Source: an uncultured delta proteobacterium
GTDB lineage: Bacteria > Desulfobacterota > Binatia > JACPRU01
Direction: 5' to 3'
DNA: 64,000 nt
Assembly (NCBI GenBank): GCA_963745025.1
Contig: CAVUWD010000008.1
Coordinates: forward strand, 192,001 to 256,000
A program made the position numbers and the translations under genes. Under the pieces are notes generated by a model. That model was not told the origin of the DNA. It saw only the letters and a list, made by a program, of their open reading frames with translations, and did not search any database. How positions within the stretch are numbered: the stretch's first letter is position 1; each line of letters begins with the position of its first letter. Positions 1-10,165 of this stretch are shown here, in pieces.

Positions 1-81
1 CCCGAGTACGGGCCGATCACGACCGACCGCAGCTCTTCGTCGTTCCGAAGCATTCGAGGCGATGATTGAGGCGTTACGATC
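1..81. repeat. Partial copy (one end) of the modular intergenic hairpin/MITE-like family
   Basis: 1-30 is half a hairpin with the CCGAGTACGG loop, matching 31586-31615; 32-81 closely matches the reverse complement of 35760-35810. Confidence 0.75.
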
Positions 82-211
82 GTCCGATCGTCCAGCAAAT
101 CCGCTTGACACGCGGCTTTGCGATGCCGTCCATGAGGGCCGGCGAAGCCGACGCGAGGAAGGGATCCCGCGTCGTCGTCGGTCGTTCCCCGCGCGCGCCG
201 CCGGCGCCGCC

Positions 212-1356
212 TCACGGCGCGTAAACGTACTTGTCGATGTCGCCGCTGCAAATGTCGGCTACGTAGACGTTGCCGTCGGGGCCCTCGGCGAACGAGACGG
301 GACAGCTGAGCTGGTCGAAATCGTATCGATTGGTTACCACGTTGCTCGAATCCATCGTCAACGCGTGCACCCAGCCCGCGCCGTTGTCGCCGTAAAAGTA
401 AGCGCCGGCATACGGACTCGGGTAATTCGAGTCGCTCGGCGAACACTCCGCCGATGATGACGTTGCCGGTCTCGCCGGCGCCGCTATGCGTTGTAGTAGT
501 GAATCGGCGCGATCGTGCTGCCGAAGTTGGTCGTCGCCGGATTGCACCCCGGATTGTTCGCCGGGCAAGGACCCTCGTAAACGTTCCACCCGAAGTTGGC
601 CCCTTCTTGCAGTGAGTCCACCTCTTCCCACGTCGATTGTCCGACATCCGCGACGATGTAGGTCTGGTTCGATTCGCGCCCTGTAAAGCGGAACGGATTG
701 CGAAACCCGTAGGCATAAACCGATCGTCGCTTGCGGGTATTCGTAGCGTAGAACGGATTGTCCGTAGGGATCGTGCCGTCCGCAGTTGATGCGCAGAATC
801 TTGCCGCGCAACGAATCTTGCACCTGTGCCTCGTCGTGAAGCGTGCCGCCGTCACCGACCGCGATGTACAACTTGCCGTCGAAGCCGAAATGAATGTCAC
901 CGCCGTTGTGATTGCCGGCATCCGAGGGAATCCCGTCCAACAGGATCGTTTCCTGGGTGCCGACGCCGTTGCTGGTCTTGAAGCGCGACACGCGATTTTT
1001 CGGTGACCCGCTGTAACTCAGCGCGCCCGGCCCGGTCGTGTAGTAGAGATAGACGTAATGGTTCGTCGCGTAGCTCGGGTCCACGGCGATGCCCAGTAAT
1101 CCGCGCTCCGATTCCGTGGACACATTGAGCGTCACGTACGGGTTGCCGCGCACCGTGCCGTCGACTCTGACGACCTTGACCTCGCCGGATTCTTTTCCGT
1201 GACAAAGATTCGCTTGCCTTCGAACGCGAAAGCGGTCGGTTGATCGAGTCCCGATGTCACCCGCACGCGACTGAATCCGGCAGGCAGGGCTGCGCCCGCG
1301 GCGTGCGCGGTGAGCGTAGCGAGAAGAAGAGCGCCAAGGAGAGAACGACGGGACAT
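212..1356 (-). CDS. PQQ-dependent glucose/sorbosone dehydrogenase family protein, secreted; frameshifted in this sequence
   Basis: Signal peptide MSRRSLLGALLLA; motifs ERGLLGIAVDP, NHNGGDIHFGFDGKLY and YAYGFRNPFR are spread over several ORFs (breaks near 1190, 790 and 490). Confidence 0.85.
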
Positions 1357-1433
1357 CTCGCCACCTTCCAGAACGATTCCTCGGGCGATCGTGCAAAAAG
1401 GGCGATCGGGCCGTCGCGAGTTCCGTCCCAACT

Positions 1434-2198
1434 TCAGACCGACGTGAATCCGCCGTCCACCGTCATCGCCGAGCCGGTGACGAACGACGAAGCGTCGGAG
1501 CAGAGCCACACGACCGCTTCGGCCACTTCGCCGGGCTCGGCGAGACGCCGGATCGGCGTCATGGTGACGTAGGCCGCCATCGCGTCCTTTCCGAGGTTGG
1601 CCGCGAGCCGGTCGAGCATCGGCGTGTTGATGAGGCCCGGACAGACGGCATTGACGCGGATCCCTTGGGGCGTGAACTCCGCGGCGGCGGTGCGCGTCAT
1701 GCCGACGACCGCGTGCTTGCTCGCGACGTACGGCAGCAGACCTGGCGCGCCGAGGAGACCCGCGACCGACGCGGTGTTCACGATCGATCCTTTTCCCTGG
1801 CGGAGCATCGCGGGGATCTCGGCTCGCATACACAGGAAGACGCCGCGGAGATTGACCGCGAGCACTCGCTCGAAGACCGCGAGCGTCATGTCGGTCGTGG
1901 GCTTCGGATCGTTTTCGATCCCCGCGTTGTTGAAGGCGGCGTCCAGACGGCCGAAGCGCTCGACGGTCTTCGTGACCATCGATCCGACCTGCGCCTCGTC
2001 GGTGACGTCCGTGCGGAGAAAGAAGGCCTCAGCGGCCGCGCCTTGCACGGCCTCGAGCGTCTTCCTGCCGCCGCTCTCGTCGACGTCGGAGAGGGAGAGC
2101 CTCGCTCCCTCGCGGGCCAGTGCGAGCGCCGTTGCGCGCCCGATTCCGGACGCCGCGCCGGTCACGATCACGACTTTGTCCTTCATTCGATCGCCCAT
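1434..2198 (-). CDS. SDR family NAD(P)-dependent oxidoreductase
   Basis: TGAASGIG, NNAG and YVASK motifs; AAGGAG RBS. Confidence 0.95.
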   Translation of the reverse strand: MGDRMKDKVVIVTGAASGIGRATALALAREGARLSLSDVDESGGRKTLEAVQGAAAEAFFLRTDVTDEAQVGSMVTKTVERFGRLDAAFNNAGIENDPKPTTDMTLAVFERVLAVNLRGVFLCMRAEIPAMLRQGKGSIVNTASVAGLLGAPGLLPYVASKHAVVGMTRTAAAEFTPQGIRVNAVCPGLINTPMLDRLAANLGKDAMAAYVTMTPIRRLAEPGEVAEAVVWLCSDASSFVTGSAMTVDGGFTSV

Positions 2199-2381
2199 CG
2201 TCGTTCTCCTTGCCGGCGTTACCGTGAATCTTCGCTCGGCGAGCGTCGGTTATCGCCGCTACATCCTTCCGGCGCAACCCTGCGAGCTCTTGCCGCCGGC
2301 GCCCGTCCCCGTACGCGCTCGGGATACGCGCTCGAAGTCTCGCGCAACGATCCGATCGACGGTCTTCGGTATCACCGAGGA

Positions 2382-3020
2382 TTAGCTGAAACCGGCCCTC
2401 GCGCTCGGCCGTTTCGAAACCTCGGCGTGCCAGCGGCGGAGGCTCGGGCAGTCTTCGGGCATCGACTCGTCGCCGAGTGCCGCGAAATCGACGACGGCGA
2501 GCGTCGTCGCATCCGCGACCGTGAAGCGCTCGCCGGCGACGAAGGGCTTGTCGCGAAGCTGTGCGTTGAACTTGCGGAAGAAGAGCTGCACGCGCTGCTT
2601 GCCGCGCTCGACCAGCGCGGGGATCTGCGCGACGGGTCCTGCGGCTCCCGGGACGCCTCGGTCCGCGAACAGCGGGTGGCGATTGCGGAAGATCTCGGCG
2701 ACCGCGACCAGCCCCTCCTCGTACGCGCGCCGCTCCCACATGTCGACGATCGCGCGGTCGCGGGCGTCCACACCCATCAGCGGCGGATCGGGATGAAGCT
2801 CCTCGAGATAGCGGCAGATGGCCATCGCCTCGCCGATCTGCGTGCCGTCGTCGAGCTCGAGCATCGGCACGGTGGCTTGCGGATACCGCGCGACGTAGTC
2901 CGCCTTGAGACGCCCCTTTCCGCCGCCGACATCCTCGATCGGGATGGCGATCGCCTTCTCGGCGAGGTAGATGAGCACCCGGCGCGGGTTCGGCGCCTTG
3001 TTCCAGACGTAGAGCTTCAC
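2382..3020 (-). CDS. Glutathione S-transferase family protein
   Basis: APNPRRV, VPMLELDDG, EAMAICRYLE and FTVAD motifs; GTG start after GAGGG. Confidence 0.92.
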   Translation of the reverse strand: MKLYVWNKAPNPRRVLIYLAEKAIAIPIEDVGGGKGRLKADYVARYPQATVPMLELDDGTQIGEAMAICRYLEELHPDPPLMGVDARDRAIVDMWERRAYEEGLVAVAEIFRNRHPLFADRGVPGAAGPVAQIPALVERGKQRVQLFFRKFNAQLRDKPFVAGERFTVADATTLAVVDFAALGDESMPEDCPSLRRWHAEVSKRPSARAGFS

Positions 3021-3027
3021 GACGCCC

Positions 3028-3165
3028 TCACGATTCGCTCGGCGGCTCCTTCTTCGGCGCCTTCTCCGCAAGCTCTTTGCGCAGCGCGCGCATCTCCACC
3101 CGTCGCGCGAGTTTCTTCTGTCGCTGGCGACGATGGCGGCCCTTGTCGCCGGTCTTTACTCCCAT
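3028..3165 (-). CDS. Small basic hypothetical protein (45 aa; absent from the ORF track)
   Basis: Manual translation MGVKTGDKGRHRRQRQKKLARRVEMRALRKELAEKAPKKEPPSES; GAGGAGG upstream; fills the gap between two co-oriented genes. Confidence 0.7.
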   Translation of the reverse strand: MGVKTGDKGRHRRQRQKKLARRVEMRALRKELAEKAPKKEPPSES

Positions 3166-3169
3166 GCGT

Positions 3170-3874
3170 TCATCCTCCTCGCTTCGCGTAGGTTTCGTTC
3201 AGGTAGGCCACGATGTCGGCGGACTCGAACATCGCCACGTCGCGATTCGGGTCGACGAGGTAAGGGACCATCATCTTTCCCGAGCGAGCCACGAACGCTT
3301 CTCGCCGCGGGCTTCCCTTGGCGACGTTGTGCAGCAGGTAGGGGATCTCGAGCTCGCAGAGGGTCTCGCGCGCGATCCGGCAGAAGGGGGACGCCTCGAA
3401 GCTCCAGAGCTCGAGCGGCTTCTCCGGTGGAGTCGACGGTCGATAGTAGACGCCCGCTCCCAGACGCGTGGCGCTCGCGACCATCGCGCCCGCGTCGGTG
3501 AGCGGCCCGAGCCGGAGCGCGAGCGGCGCGGGCCCGGCGCCGTATTTCTCGAAGAGGTAGCGCACGATGTCGTCGGACTCGTACATCTCGATGCCCGTGT
3601 TGGGATCGACCAGATAGGGAAACTGTTCCTTGCCGCCCCGCCGCTTGACCTCGGCGCGGAAGCGTGGGCCGCGCTTCGGGCAAGGATAGACGACCGCCTC
3701 GAGATCGAGGACCGTGAGAGCCTCCCGAGCCTTTCGGCAGAAGGGGCATCCCTCGAATTCGTAGAGCTCGAGCGGCTTCGCGGGCCGTGGTCCGCGCGAG
3801 CCCACGAAAACCCCCTGGCCGAGGCGTGCGAGGCTGGCAAGGAAGGAAGTCGTCACGTCGAGGGCGCGGTTCAT
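3170..3874 (-). CDS. Tandem glutaredoxin/GST-N-terminal domain protein
   Basis: Two repeats, ELYEFEGCPFC...PYLVDPN...ESDDIV and ELWSFEASPFC...PYLVDPN...ESADIV. Confidence 0.9.
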   Translation of the reverse strand: MNRALDVTTSFLASLARLGQGVFVGSRGPRPAKPLELYEFEGCPFCRKAREALTVLDLEAVVYPCPKRGPRFRAEVKRRGGKEQFPYLVDPNTGIEMYESDDIVRYLFEKYGAGPAPLALRLGPLTDAGAMVASATRLGAGVYYRPSTPPEKPLELWSFEASPFCRIARETLCELEIPYLLHNVAKGSPRREAFVARSGKMMVPYLVDPNRDVAMFESADIVAYLNETYAKRGG

Positions 3875-4031
3875 CGCTTCACCGAACGCTGCTATCTGTC
3901 ATTCCCGATGCCGCGTATCAAGGTGATCCGTCCGTCGCGTAGGAGATTACCGACGAACGCGTTGAAGCACTTCGCCGCGTGGGCGCCGCCGACGAGCGGA
4001 TCTTCGATCTGGCGGCGGATCGCGTCGAGCT

Positions 4032-5600
4032 TCAACGCCTCGGCGCGTCTCGTCGTCCTTGTGTCTCCGCCGCCGGCAGCCACCCGTCGTCGGCGTGAAA
4101 CCTTCGCAGCCGCGGGTCACTGACGGAGAGAGGCGGTAACCAGTCGCCGATGAGCGTCCGCTTCCACCAGGCGTGGCTCGCGTCGCCGGGCGGGGCGAAC
4201 TCGTATCGATAGTAGCGAGCACGGATGTAGCGTGGCGGGTCGTCCGCGAAGGGATCGTTACCGAGCAGGCTGCGCACGCCCGGGTCGTTGTGGAGGAGCT
4301 TCCAGACCAGGTGCACCGCCCAGGGCTGGCGCTGCGGGACCGACATGGCGGCGAACCAGATCTGCCAGTCGAGACGCGGCTGGTAGGGCGCGATGACGCA
4401 GGGCCGGCGCGTCGGGTCGCCGGGCTTACAGGGGAATTCGTATGCCTTCCAGCGCGTCGTCTCGGTCACGAACTCGTCGCTCGTTCCTTCGAAGACGATC
4501 TCTCGGCGCTCCCGGCCGACGGACCCGAAGGCGCCGTAGGTGTTGACGAGATCCAACGCGGAGAACGAGGTGTTCATGAGCTGGTCCGACGAGACGAGAT
4601 TCATGACCGGATCGACGCTGAGGATTACGACGATGGCAACGACGGCAAAGGCGACGCTCTGCTGGATTCTCGAAGCGCGGGACTCGGAGGCCGCGCGCGC
4701 GGCGCGCTCACCCAGGCGGCGCGGGAGCAGCCGGCCGAGGAGCCGATCATCGAAGCAGGCGAGCACGGGAACGATCGTCAGGTAGTTCAGAAACGAGAGA
4801 TTGCCACTGAGGATGAGAGAGATCTGGAAGACGACCATCACGCCGCCAGCCGCGTGGCGGGCGAGCCGGGGACCGAACGCGAACCACGGAGCGACGAGCT
4901 CGGCGAGGTGGTTGAAGAGCACGCCGAAGAGGTGAAACCAGCGCGGCATGAAGTGCGCGTACCACGACAGCGGATTGGGGATCGGTTGGGTCTCGTAGTG
5001 ATAATAGAGGCAGGTGAGATCCCGCCAGCAGGGATCCCCGCGCATCTTGATGAGCCCGGCGCCGAGCATGATGCGGAAGATGAGCCAGCGAAAGAGCCAC
5101 ACGACCGGCACCGGCGGGGGGCTCGGCGAAAACGGGCGCGGATCCACAAGCGGGCAGAGAAAGATCGCCAGGAAGCCGGTTTCGAGAAGCTGAATCTCCC
5201 ATCCGTAGGCGTACCAGACCTGGCCGACGTGGACGAACGACATGTAGAGCGCCCAGAGGACCGCGAGCAGGATCGCGTTCGCGTAGCCGAGGAGAAGCGG
5301 CAGCGAGAGCGCCACGCCGAGCCACGCGAGGCGAACCAGCAGCGAGTCGGAGGTGTCGAGCCAGAAGAAGCTCGGGTAGTGCTCGAACCCCTCCCAGCGC
5401 GAGCCGTGGTAAGATTCCGCCTTTTCGAGGAACTGCGCGATCGGCGTGAGCCCGTGCGAGCCGATGAGCGGCAGCACTTGGCGCGCGAGCGAGAGGAAGG
5501 CGAACAGGTAGACGAGGCCGAGAAGGCGAAGGATCAGGAAGCGGCTCAGCCAGTAGGATGGCCGATCGGCTTCGACGGCGAGCTCCGGGGCGGTCGGCAT
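4032..5600 (-). CDS. Lipase maturation factor (LMF1) family membrane protein
   Basis: LLETGFL, GLIKMRGDPCWRDLT, YETQPIPNP and PRLDWQIWFAA motifs. Confidence 0.93.
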   Translation of the reverse strand: MPTAPELAVEADRPSYWLSRFLILRLLGLVYLFAFLSLARQVLPLIGSHGLTPIAQFLEKAESYHGSRWEGFEHYPSFFWLDTSDSLLVRLAWLGVALSLPLLLGYANAILLAVLWALYMSFVHVGQVWYAYGWEIQLLETGFLAIFLCPLVDPRPFSPSPPPVPVVWLFRWLIFRIMLGAGLIKMRGDPCWRDLTCLYYHYETQPIPNPLSWYAHFMPRWFHLFGVLFNHLAELVAPWFAFGPRLARHAAGGVMVVFQISLILSGNLSFLNYLTIVPVLACFDDRLLGRLLPRRLGERAARAASESRASRIQQSVAFAVVAIVVILSVDPVMNLVSSDQLMNTSFSALDLVNTYGAFGSVGRERREIVFEGTSDEFVTETTRWKAYEFPCKPGDPTRRPCVIAPYQPRLDWQIWFAAMSVPQRQPWAVHLVWKLLHNDPGVRSLLGNDPFADDPPRYIRARYYRYEFAPPGDASHAWWKRTLIGDWLPPLSVSDPRLRRFHADDGWLPAAETQGRRDAPRR

Positions 5601-5607
5601 GGGAAGA

Positions 5608-5867
5608 GGCTACGGGCTACAGGGAAGGACTCGTGGATAGAGGGCCTCAGTCTCTGTAGGATGCTCGGCGACACGAAAAACGCGCTTGGTTTTCGTCGAT
5701 TCGTACTCGGAGCGACGAAAACCAAGCGCAACAGCGCGAAGCGCTGAACGCAATAGGCCGATTCGGTGGGTTATTGTCTCCCGCGCTCCGCGCGCTCCAT
5801 CTTCCCGCAGCATTCGTGACGAAGACTGAGGGGAGACTCATGAATCCTTTCCGGTAGCCGGTAGCCC
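5608..5867. repeat. Nested element: inverted GGCTAC heptamer arms enclosing a ~200-bp MITE-like insert (5640-5837)
   Basis: Insert is a near-identical reverse complement of 31521-31773 lacking one hairpin; inner IR CCTCAGTCT/AGACTGAGG; outer arms ggctacgggctacagggaagga and tcctttccggtagccggtagccc. Confidence 0.85.
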
Positions 5868-5871
5868 GCCC

Positions 5872-6672
5872 TCAGCGAAACTTCGGCGGTCGCTTTTCGA
5901 GAAATGCCGCCACCGCCTCCTTGTGCTCCGGGCTCTTCCAGCACTCGCGGATCATCTCGCTTTCGCGCTGCTGGACCAGATCGAGGTCGGTCTCGCACGC
6001 GTTGCGGGTGAGGAGCTGCTTGATCATCCTGAGCTGCGGGTCGGGATTGGCGGAGATCTCGCGCGCGGCCTCGAAGGCCGTCTCGAGAAGCTTGTCGGGC
6101 TCGACCAGACGATCGACGAGCCCGAAGGCGGCGGCCTCGGCGGCCCCGTAGATTCGGCCGGAGAGGCACATCTCGCTCGCCTTGCCGAGCCCGACACGGG
6201 CCGTCAGCAGATGCGAGCTCGCCAGCTCCGGGACCAAGCCCACTTTGATGAAGAGCATGCCGAAACGAGCCTTCTCGGAAGCGACGATCAGATCGAACGG
6301 CAGGATCATGGTCATGCCGACCCCGACCGCGGCGCCGTTGACCGCGGCGACGAGCGGTTTCGCCCCGCGGCAGAGTTTCACCCAGTCGAGCCCCGCGGGC
6401 ATTCCACCTTGGCCGTGCGCGGTGTCGGCACCCGGATCTCGTCCCTCGATGCGCTCCTTGAACGTCTCGGACATGTCGGCGCCGGCGCAGAAACCGCGTC
6501 CCGCGCCGGTCATGACGATCGCGCCGACCGAGCGATCGGCGTTCGCGCGCTCGATTGCGTCCGCCTGCTCGGCGCTCATCTGCGGCGTCCAGGCGTTCAG
6601 CTTTTCCGGGCGGTTCAGCGTGACGAGCGCGACTTCGCCGCGCTGCTCGTAGAGGATCCGCTCGTAGCTCAC
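5872..6672 (-). CDS. Enoyl-CoA hydratase/isomerase family protein
   Basis: TLNRPEKLNA, FCAGAD, AAVNGAAVG and FLEKRPPKF motifs. Confidence 0.95.
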   Translation of the reverse strand: MSYERILYEQRGEVALVTLNRPEKLNAWTPQMSAEQADAIERANADRSVGAIVMTGAGRGFCAGADMSETFKERIEGRDPGADTAHGQGGMPAGLDWVKLCRGAKPLVAAVNGAAVGVGMTMILPFDLIVASEKARFGMLFIKVGLVPELASSHLLTARVGLGKASEMCLSGRIYGAAEAAAFGLVDRLVEPDKLLETAFEAAREISANPDPQLRMIKQLLTRNACETDLDLVQQRESEMIRECWKSPEHKEAVAAFLEKRPPKFR

Positions 6673-8048
6673 GCGCGCGTGCCCGTGAAATCGACGCCGA
6701 TCTCGGGATTCTTCATTTGCCCGCCGCAGGCGCGCGCGAGCCCCGGCGTCACGTCTTCGGCGAAGAGCTGCATCTGCGTCTCGATCTCCTCACCGCGGAA
6801 GCCGCCGCTCTCGAACCAGGCGTGGAACATGAAGTCCTCGTAGCCGCACTGCTCCTTGACCTTGAGAATCGCCTCGCCGACTTCGGCCGACGTGCCGAAT
6901 AGCGCGACTCCTTTCCGCAGCAGGAGATCCGCGTCGACCTTCTTGTCGATCGCGTACATCGGCTCGTTGGCCTCGGCGAGCACTGCCGCGAACCCGAACG
7001 GCCCGTAATAGTCCCACTGGAGCTCGAGCGCGGCCTTGAAACGGGCCAGCTCCTTCTCGCGGCTCACTCCCGGAGGGACGAGGTGAATGTAGCGGCACGT
7101 CACCACGCCGCGCCGTTTCTCGGCATCCCAGCCGAACTTGAATCGGCCTCGGTTCAGCCGGTCGGGCCAGGCGTTCTTGTCGGCAATCTCGTAGTACGTC
7201 TCGATGTTCTGCCGCAGGCGCGAGTTCGGCTCGACGATGAAGTAGCCGTTGACGCCGCGCTCGGCGGCCCACTGGATCGAGCGGCCCGTCGTGAGCGGCT
7301 CCCAAAGCTGGGGATGCGGCCGCTGCAGCGGTTGCGGGAAGACCTGCAGCTCCTTCAACGTGGTCGCGCTCTGCATGACCGGGTTCGGGCCGCCGTACGG
7401 ATCCGGCGGGCCGATCTTCAGCACCTCGTCGAGCCGCCGGCCGGCCTTTTCGGAAGAGAAGTAGGCGATCGTCTGCGGATGGTTCCAGCGCGTGAACACG
7501 GGTGGTATCGTGAAAAACTGGCCCTGGTGCGAGAACGACGACTTCGTCCAGCATTTGATGATGATCTCGTACGCCTCGTTGTAATAGGCGCGATTCCGCT
7601 CCTGATCCTGAATGGTCGAGAACGGCCAGCCGAAGACTTCGGCCTCGCGCGGCTGGTAACCCCGGCCGATGCCGAACTCGAGCCGTCCGCCGGACAGGAC
7701 GTCCAGCATCGCAGCTTGTTCGGCGATTCGCACCGGGTGCCACCAGGTGATGATGTTCGCCGCCTGTCCGAGACGGATCCGCTTGGTGTGCGCGGCGACC
7801 GCAGTCTCGGCGAGCAGCGGGTTCGGGCTGAACTCGGCGCCTTCCGGCTGGAAGTGGTGCTCCGTCATGAAGAAATAGTTGAAGCCGAGCCGGTCGGCGA
7901 GGATGCCCTGGCGCACCTGGTTCACGAGCACCCTTTGGGTCGCCTCGTGGACTTCCGCGAGGCTGCCGTCGTTGATGACGATTCCCTGCTTCGTGGTCGC
8001 GCAGGGCAGGTCGCTTGCTCCGTTGTGAAAGACGCCGATCTCAAGCAT
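6669..8048 (-). CDS. LLM (luciferase-like) flavin-dependent oxidoreductase
   Basis: TEHHFQPEG, HPVRIAEQAAMLDVLSGGRLEFGIGRG and PLQRPHP motifs. Confidence 0.93.
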   Translation of the reverse strand: MLEIGVFHNGASDLPCATTKQGIVINDGSLAEVHEATQRVLVNQVRQGILADRLGFNYFFMTEHHFQPEGAEFSPNPLLAETAVAAHTKRIRLGQAANIITWWHPVRIAEQAAMLDVLSGGRLEFGIGRGYQPREAEVFGWPFSTIQDQERNRAYYNEAYEIIIKCWTKSSFSHQGQFFTIPPVFTRWNHPQTIAYFSSEKAGRRLDEVLKIGPPDPYGGPNPVMQSATTLKELQVFPQPLQRPHPQLWEPLTTGRSIQWAAERGVNGYFIVEPNSRLRQNIETYYEIADKNAWPDRLNRGRFKFGWDAEKRRGVVTCRYIHLVPPGVSREKELARFKAALELQWDYYGPFGFAAVLAEANEPMYAIDKKVDADLLLRKGVALFGTSAEVGEAILKVKEQCGYEDFMFHAWFESGGFRGEEIETQMQLFAEDVTPGLARACGGQMKNPEIGVDFTGTRA

Positions 8049-8202
8049 GGGTGACCTCCGCTGGGGGGCGATTACCGCTCAACCGACGGACCGTTGCAAG
8101 CGTTTTTCGGACTGCCGCCTACGCCCTTTCGATCCGACGAGGGGGCCAGCGTCTTCGCCTCTCGCCAACGACCGGGAGAGACGCGATCCTCCGCGGGGCG
8201 AT

Positions 8203-8679
8203 TCAGCTGCTGCTGCGGGCGCGCAGGGCTTCGAGTACGCGCGCGGGGTGCTCTGCGGCGTTCGCCACACGGGCCCAGTGCTTCTTCACCTTGCCGTCGG
8301 GGCCGATCCACACCGTGGAGCGGATTACGCCGACCGTCTTTTTCCCGTACAGGATCTTTTCGCCGTAAGCGCCGTATTTCTGCATGACCTTTCGCTCCGG
8401 GTCGGAGAGCAGCGGGAACGGAAGCTTGTACTTGGCGGCAAACTTGCGGTGCGAGTCACCGCCGTCGGCCGAGACACCGACGACCACCGCGTTCAGTTTC
8501 TGGATCTCCTTCCAGTCGTCGCGAAAGCCGCACGCCTCTTTGGTGCAACCCGGCGTGTCGTCCTTCGGGTAGAAATACAAGACCAAGTTCTTGCCGGCGA
8601 AATCGGCGAGCGACACCTTCGCACCGTCGACGTCTTCGAGAGAGAAGGACGGAGCAGGCTTGCCTTCTTGAATTGGCAT
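8203..8679 (-). CDS. bcp: Peroxiredoxin, Bcp/PrxQ type
   Basis: YFYPKDDTPGCTKEACGFRD. Confidence 0.95.
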   Translation of the reverse strand: MPIQEGKPAPSFSLEDVDGAKVSLADFAGKNLVLYFYPKDDTPGCTKEACGFRDDWKEIQKLNAVVVGVSADGGDSHRKFAAKYKLPFPLLSDPERKVMQKYGAYGEKILYGKKTVGVIRSTVWIGPDGKVKKHWARVANAAEHPARVLEALRARSSS

Positions 8680-8704
8680 GTCTCGGGACCCCCCTATCGT
8701 CTCG

Positions 8705-9574
8705 CTAGGAAAGTTTGGCGATGACCCGTTCGGCAAACTCGTCGAGGCCCTTGCGGACGGATTCCTCGTCGAACCCAGCCGGGGAGATCATCAGCCGCCG
8801 TACGCCCATCTCCTGATAGCGCTTCACGGTGTCGGCGTCGGTCTTGCTGCCGGCACCCGTGGTGAGCTCGATCTCGTCGGGATTGCGGCCGACCTTGGCA
8901 CATTCGCCGCGGAGAACGGCGAAGAGACGGGTGAGCGTTTCGCTGTCGCCCCGGGCGGGGAAGAAGCCGTCGCCGAGCCTGGCCGCGCGGCGCGCGGCGG
9001 GCTCCGAGTGGCCGCCGATCACGATCGGCACCCCGCCGCTCTGCACCGGCTTCGGATTCGATTCGACGGCCGGCCAGCGATAGAACTTGCCGGAGAAAGG
9101 AGCGGGCGAGGCTTGCCAGAGCGAACGGATGGCGCGAATCGATTCGTCGGTACGTGCGCCACGCTCACCGAACGGCACGCCGAGCACGTCGAATTCTTCG
9201 GCGAGCCAGCCGCTGCCGATGCCGAGGATCGCTCGGCCGTTCGAGAGCACGTCCAAGGTGGCGACTTCCTTGGCCACGTAGGCCGGGTGGCGCTGCGGCA
9301 GGATGAGAATCCCCGTGCCGAGGCGGATCGTCTTGGTCACCGCGGCCACGAACGCGAGCGGCAACAGTGGGTCCGGGATCGAAACGTTCTCCGCGCCCGG
9401 GATTTTGCCGCTCCGACTATAGGGATAGGGCGATTTGTAGCCGACCGGGATCACCACGTGCTCGACTGTCCAGAGCGACTCGATGCCCCGCTCCTCGGCT
9501 GCCTGCGCCAAGCGTGCGAGGCTCTCCGGATAGGAGAACGGTCCCGTGTTGGCGAACATCAGTCCGAATTTCAT
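8705..9574 (-). CDS. LLM-class oxidoreductase, probable F420-dependent Rv2161c-like family
   Basis: EHVVIP..Y.S.YPY, ILPQRHP, GIGSGWLAEEF and PIVIGGHS motifs. Confidence 0.88.
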   Translation of the reverse strand: MKFGLMFANTGPFSYPESLARLAQAAEERGIESLWTVEHVVIPVGYKSPYPYSRSGKIPGAENVSIPDPLLPLAFVAAVTKTIRLGTGILILPQRHPAYVAKEVATLDVLSNGRAILGIGSGWLAEEFDVLGVPFGERGARTDESIRAIRSLWQASPAPFSGKFYRWPAVESNPKPVQSGGVPIVIGGHSEPAARRAARLGDGFFPARGDSETLTRLFAVLRGECAKVGRNPDEIELTTGAGSKTDADTVKRYQEMGVRRLMISPAGFDEESVRKGLDEFAERVIAKLS

Positions 9575-9629
9575 GGCTCCCCCTCGCTCGCGACGTTGTT
9601 CCGTCGAGCGGTCTGTATAGAGCTTCGCG

Positions 9630-10160
9630 GTGCGGACGTCGACCGCCGCTGCGCCGTTGCGGGAAGCCGGGCCTCGGGATAAGGCTCCCGGTCGAGTGGT
9701 TCCGGAAGAAGGACCTCGGAAGGATCTCTCGCACGGCCCCCCCGACTCGTCGGGGGCTCACCTGGCGCTCCAGGAGGTGCTGCGGCGAAACGACACCTTC
9801 ACTGCCGCGCGCGCCGCGGCGATCGAGTCGGCACGGCCGCTGAAGAAGATCCTGCTGCCCTTCGCCGCGAAGGTCGTTCACTTTTTTGCCCGTTGGCAGG
9901 TCGAATGGAATTTCGCCGCGGGCCGGGCGTTGGAGACGGTGGTGCGCTCGCTCGATGAGCGCGATCGCTGGGTGAGCGCGCTCGTGGCACGGATGCGGGC
10001 GGCCGAGGAGCGTGTGAGCCAGCTCGAGACCGAGCTGCGTGGTGCGCGCGCGGCGGCGGAGGACGCCCGGCGAAAGCTCGCCAGCGTCGGCATCCGCTTG
10101 CGGGAGCTGGAGGAGCGCAGCGAGGGCCGCGCGTCCGGAAACGAAGCCGAGAAGGACTGA
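9630..10160 (+). CDS. Hypothetical coiled-coil protein in a glycosyltransferase operon (start uncertain)
   Basis: QVEWN segment followed by a coiled-coil C-terminus; ends 5 nt before the GT4 gene. Confidence 0.6.
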   Translation: MRTSTAAAPLREAGPRDKAPGRVVPEEGPRKDLSHGPPDSSGAHLALQEVLRRNDTFTAARAAAIESARPLKKILLPFAAKVVHFFARWQVEWNFAAGRALETVVRSLDERDRWVSALVARMRAAEERVSQLETELRGARAAAEDARRKLASVGIRLRELEERSEGRASGNEAEKD

Positions 10161-10165
10161 GCCGC

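Noticed and set aside
1665-3191. Long antisense or alternative-frame ORFs throughout (for example 1665-3191, 4173-5747, 33628-35436, 36724-38739)
   Set aside because: Shadow ORFs expected at high GC; they overlap well-supported genes and lack motifs
3892-4035. Small ORF between LMF and the glutaredoxin-like gene
   Set aside because: TTG start overlap is plausible, but there is no motif or other support
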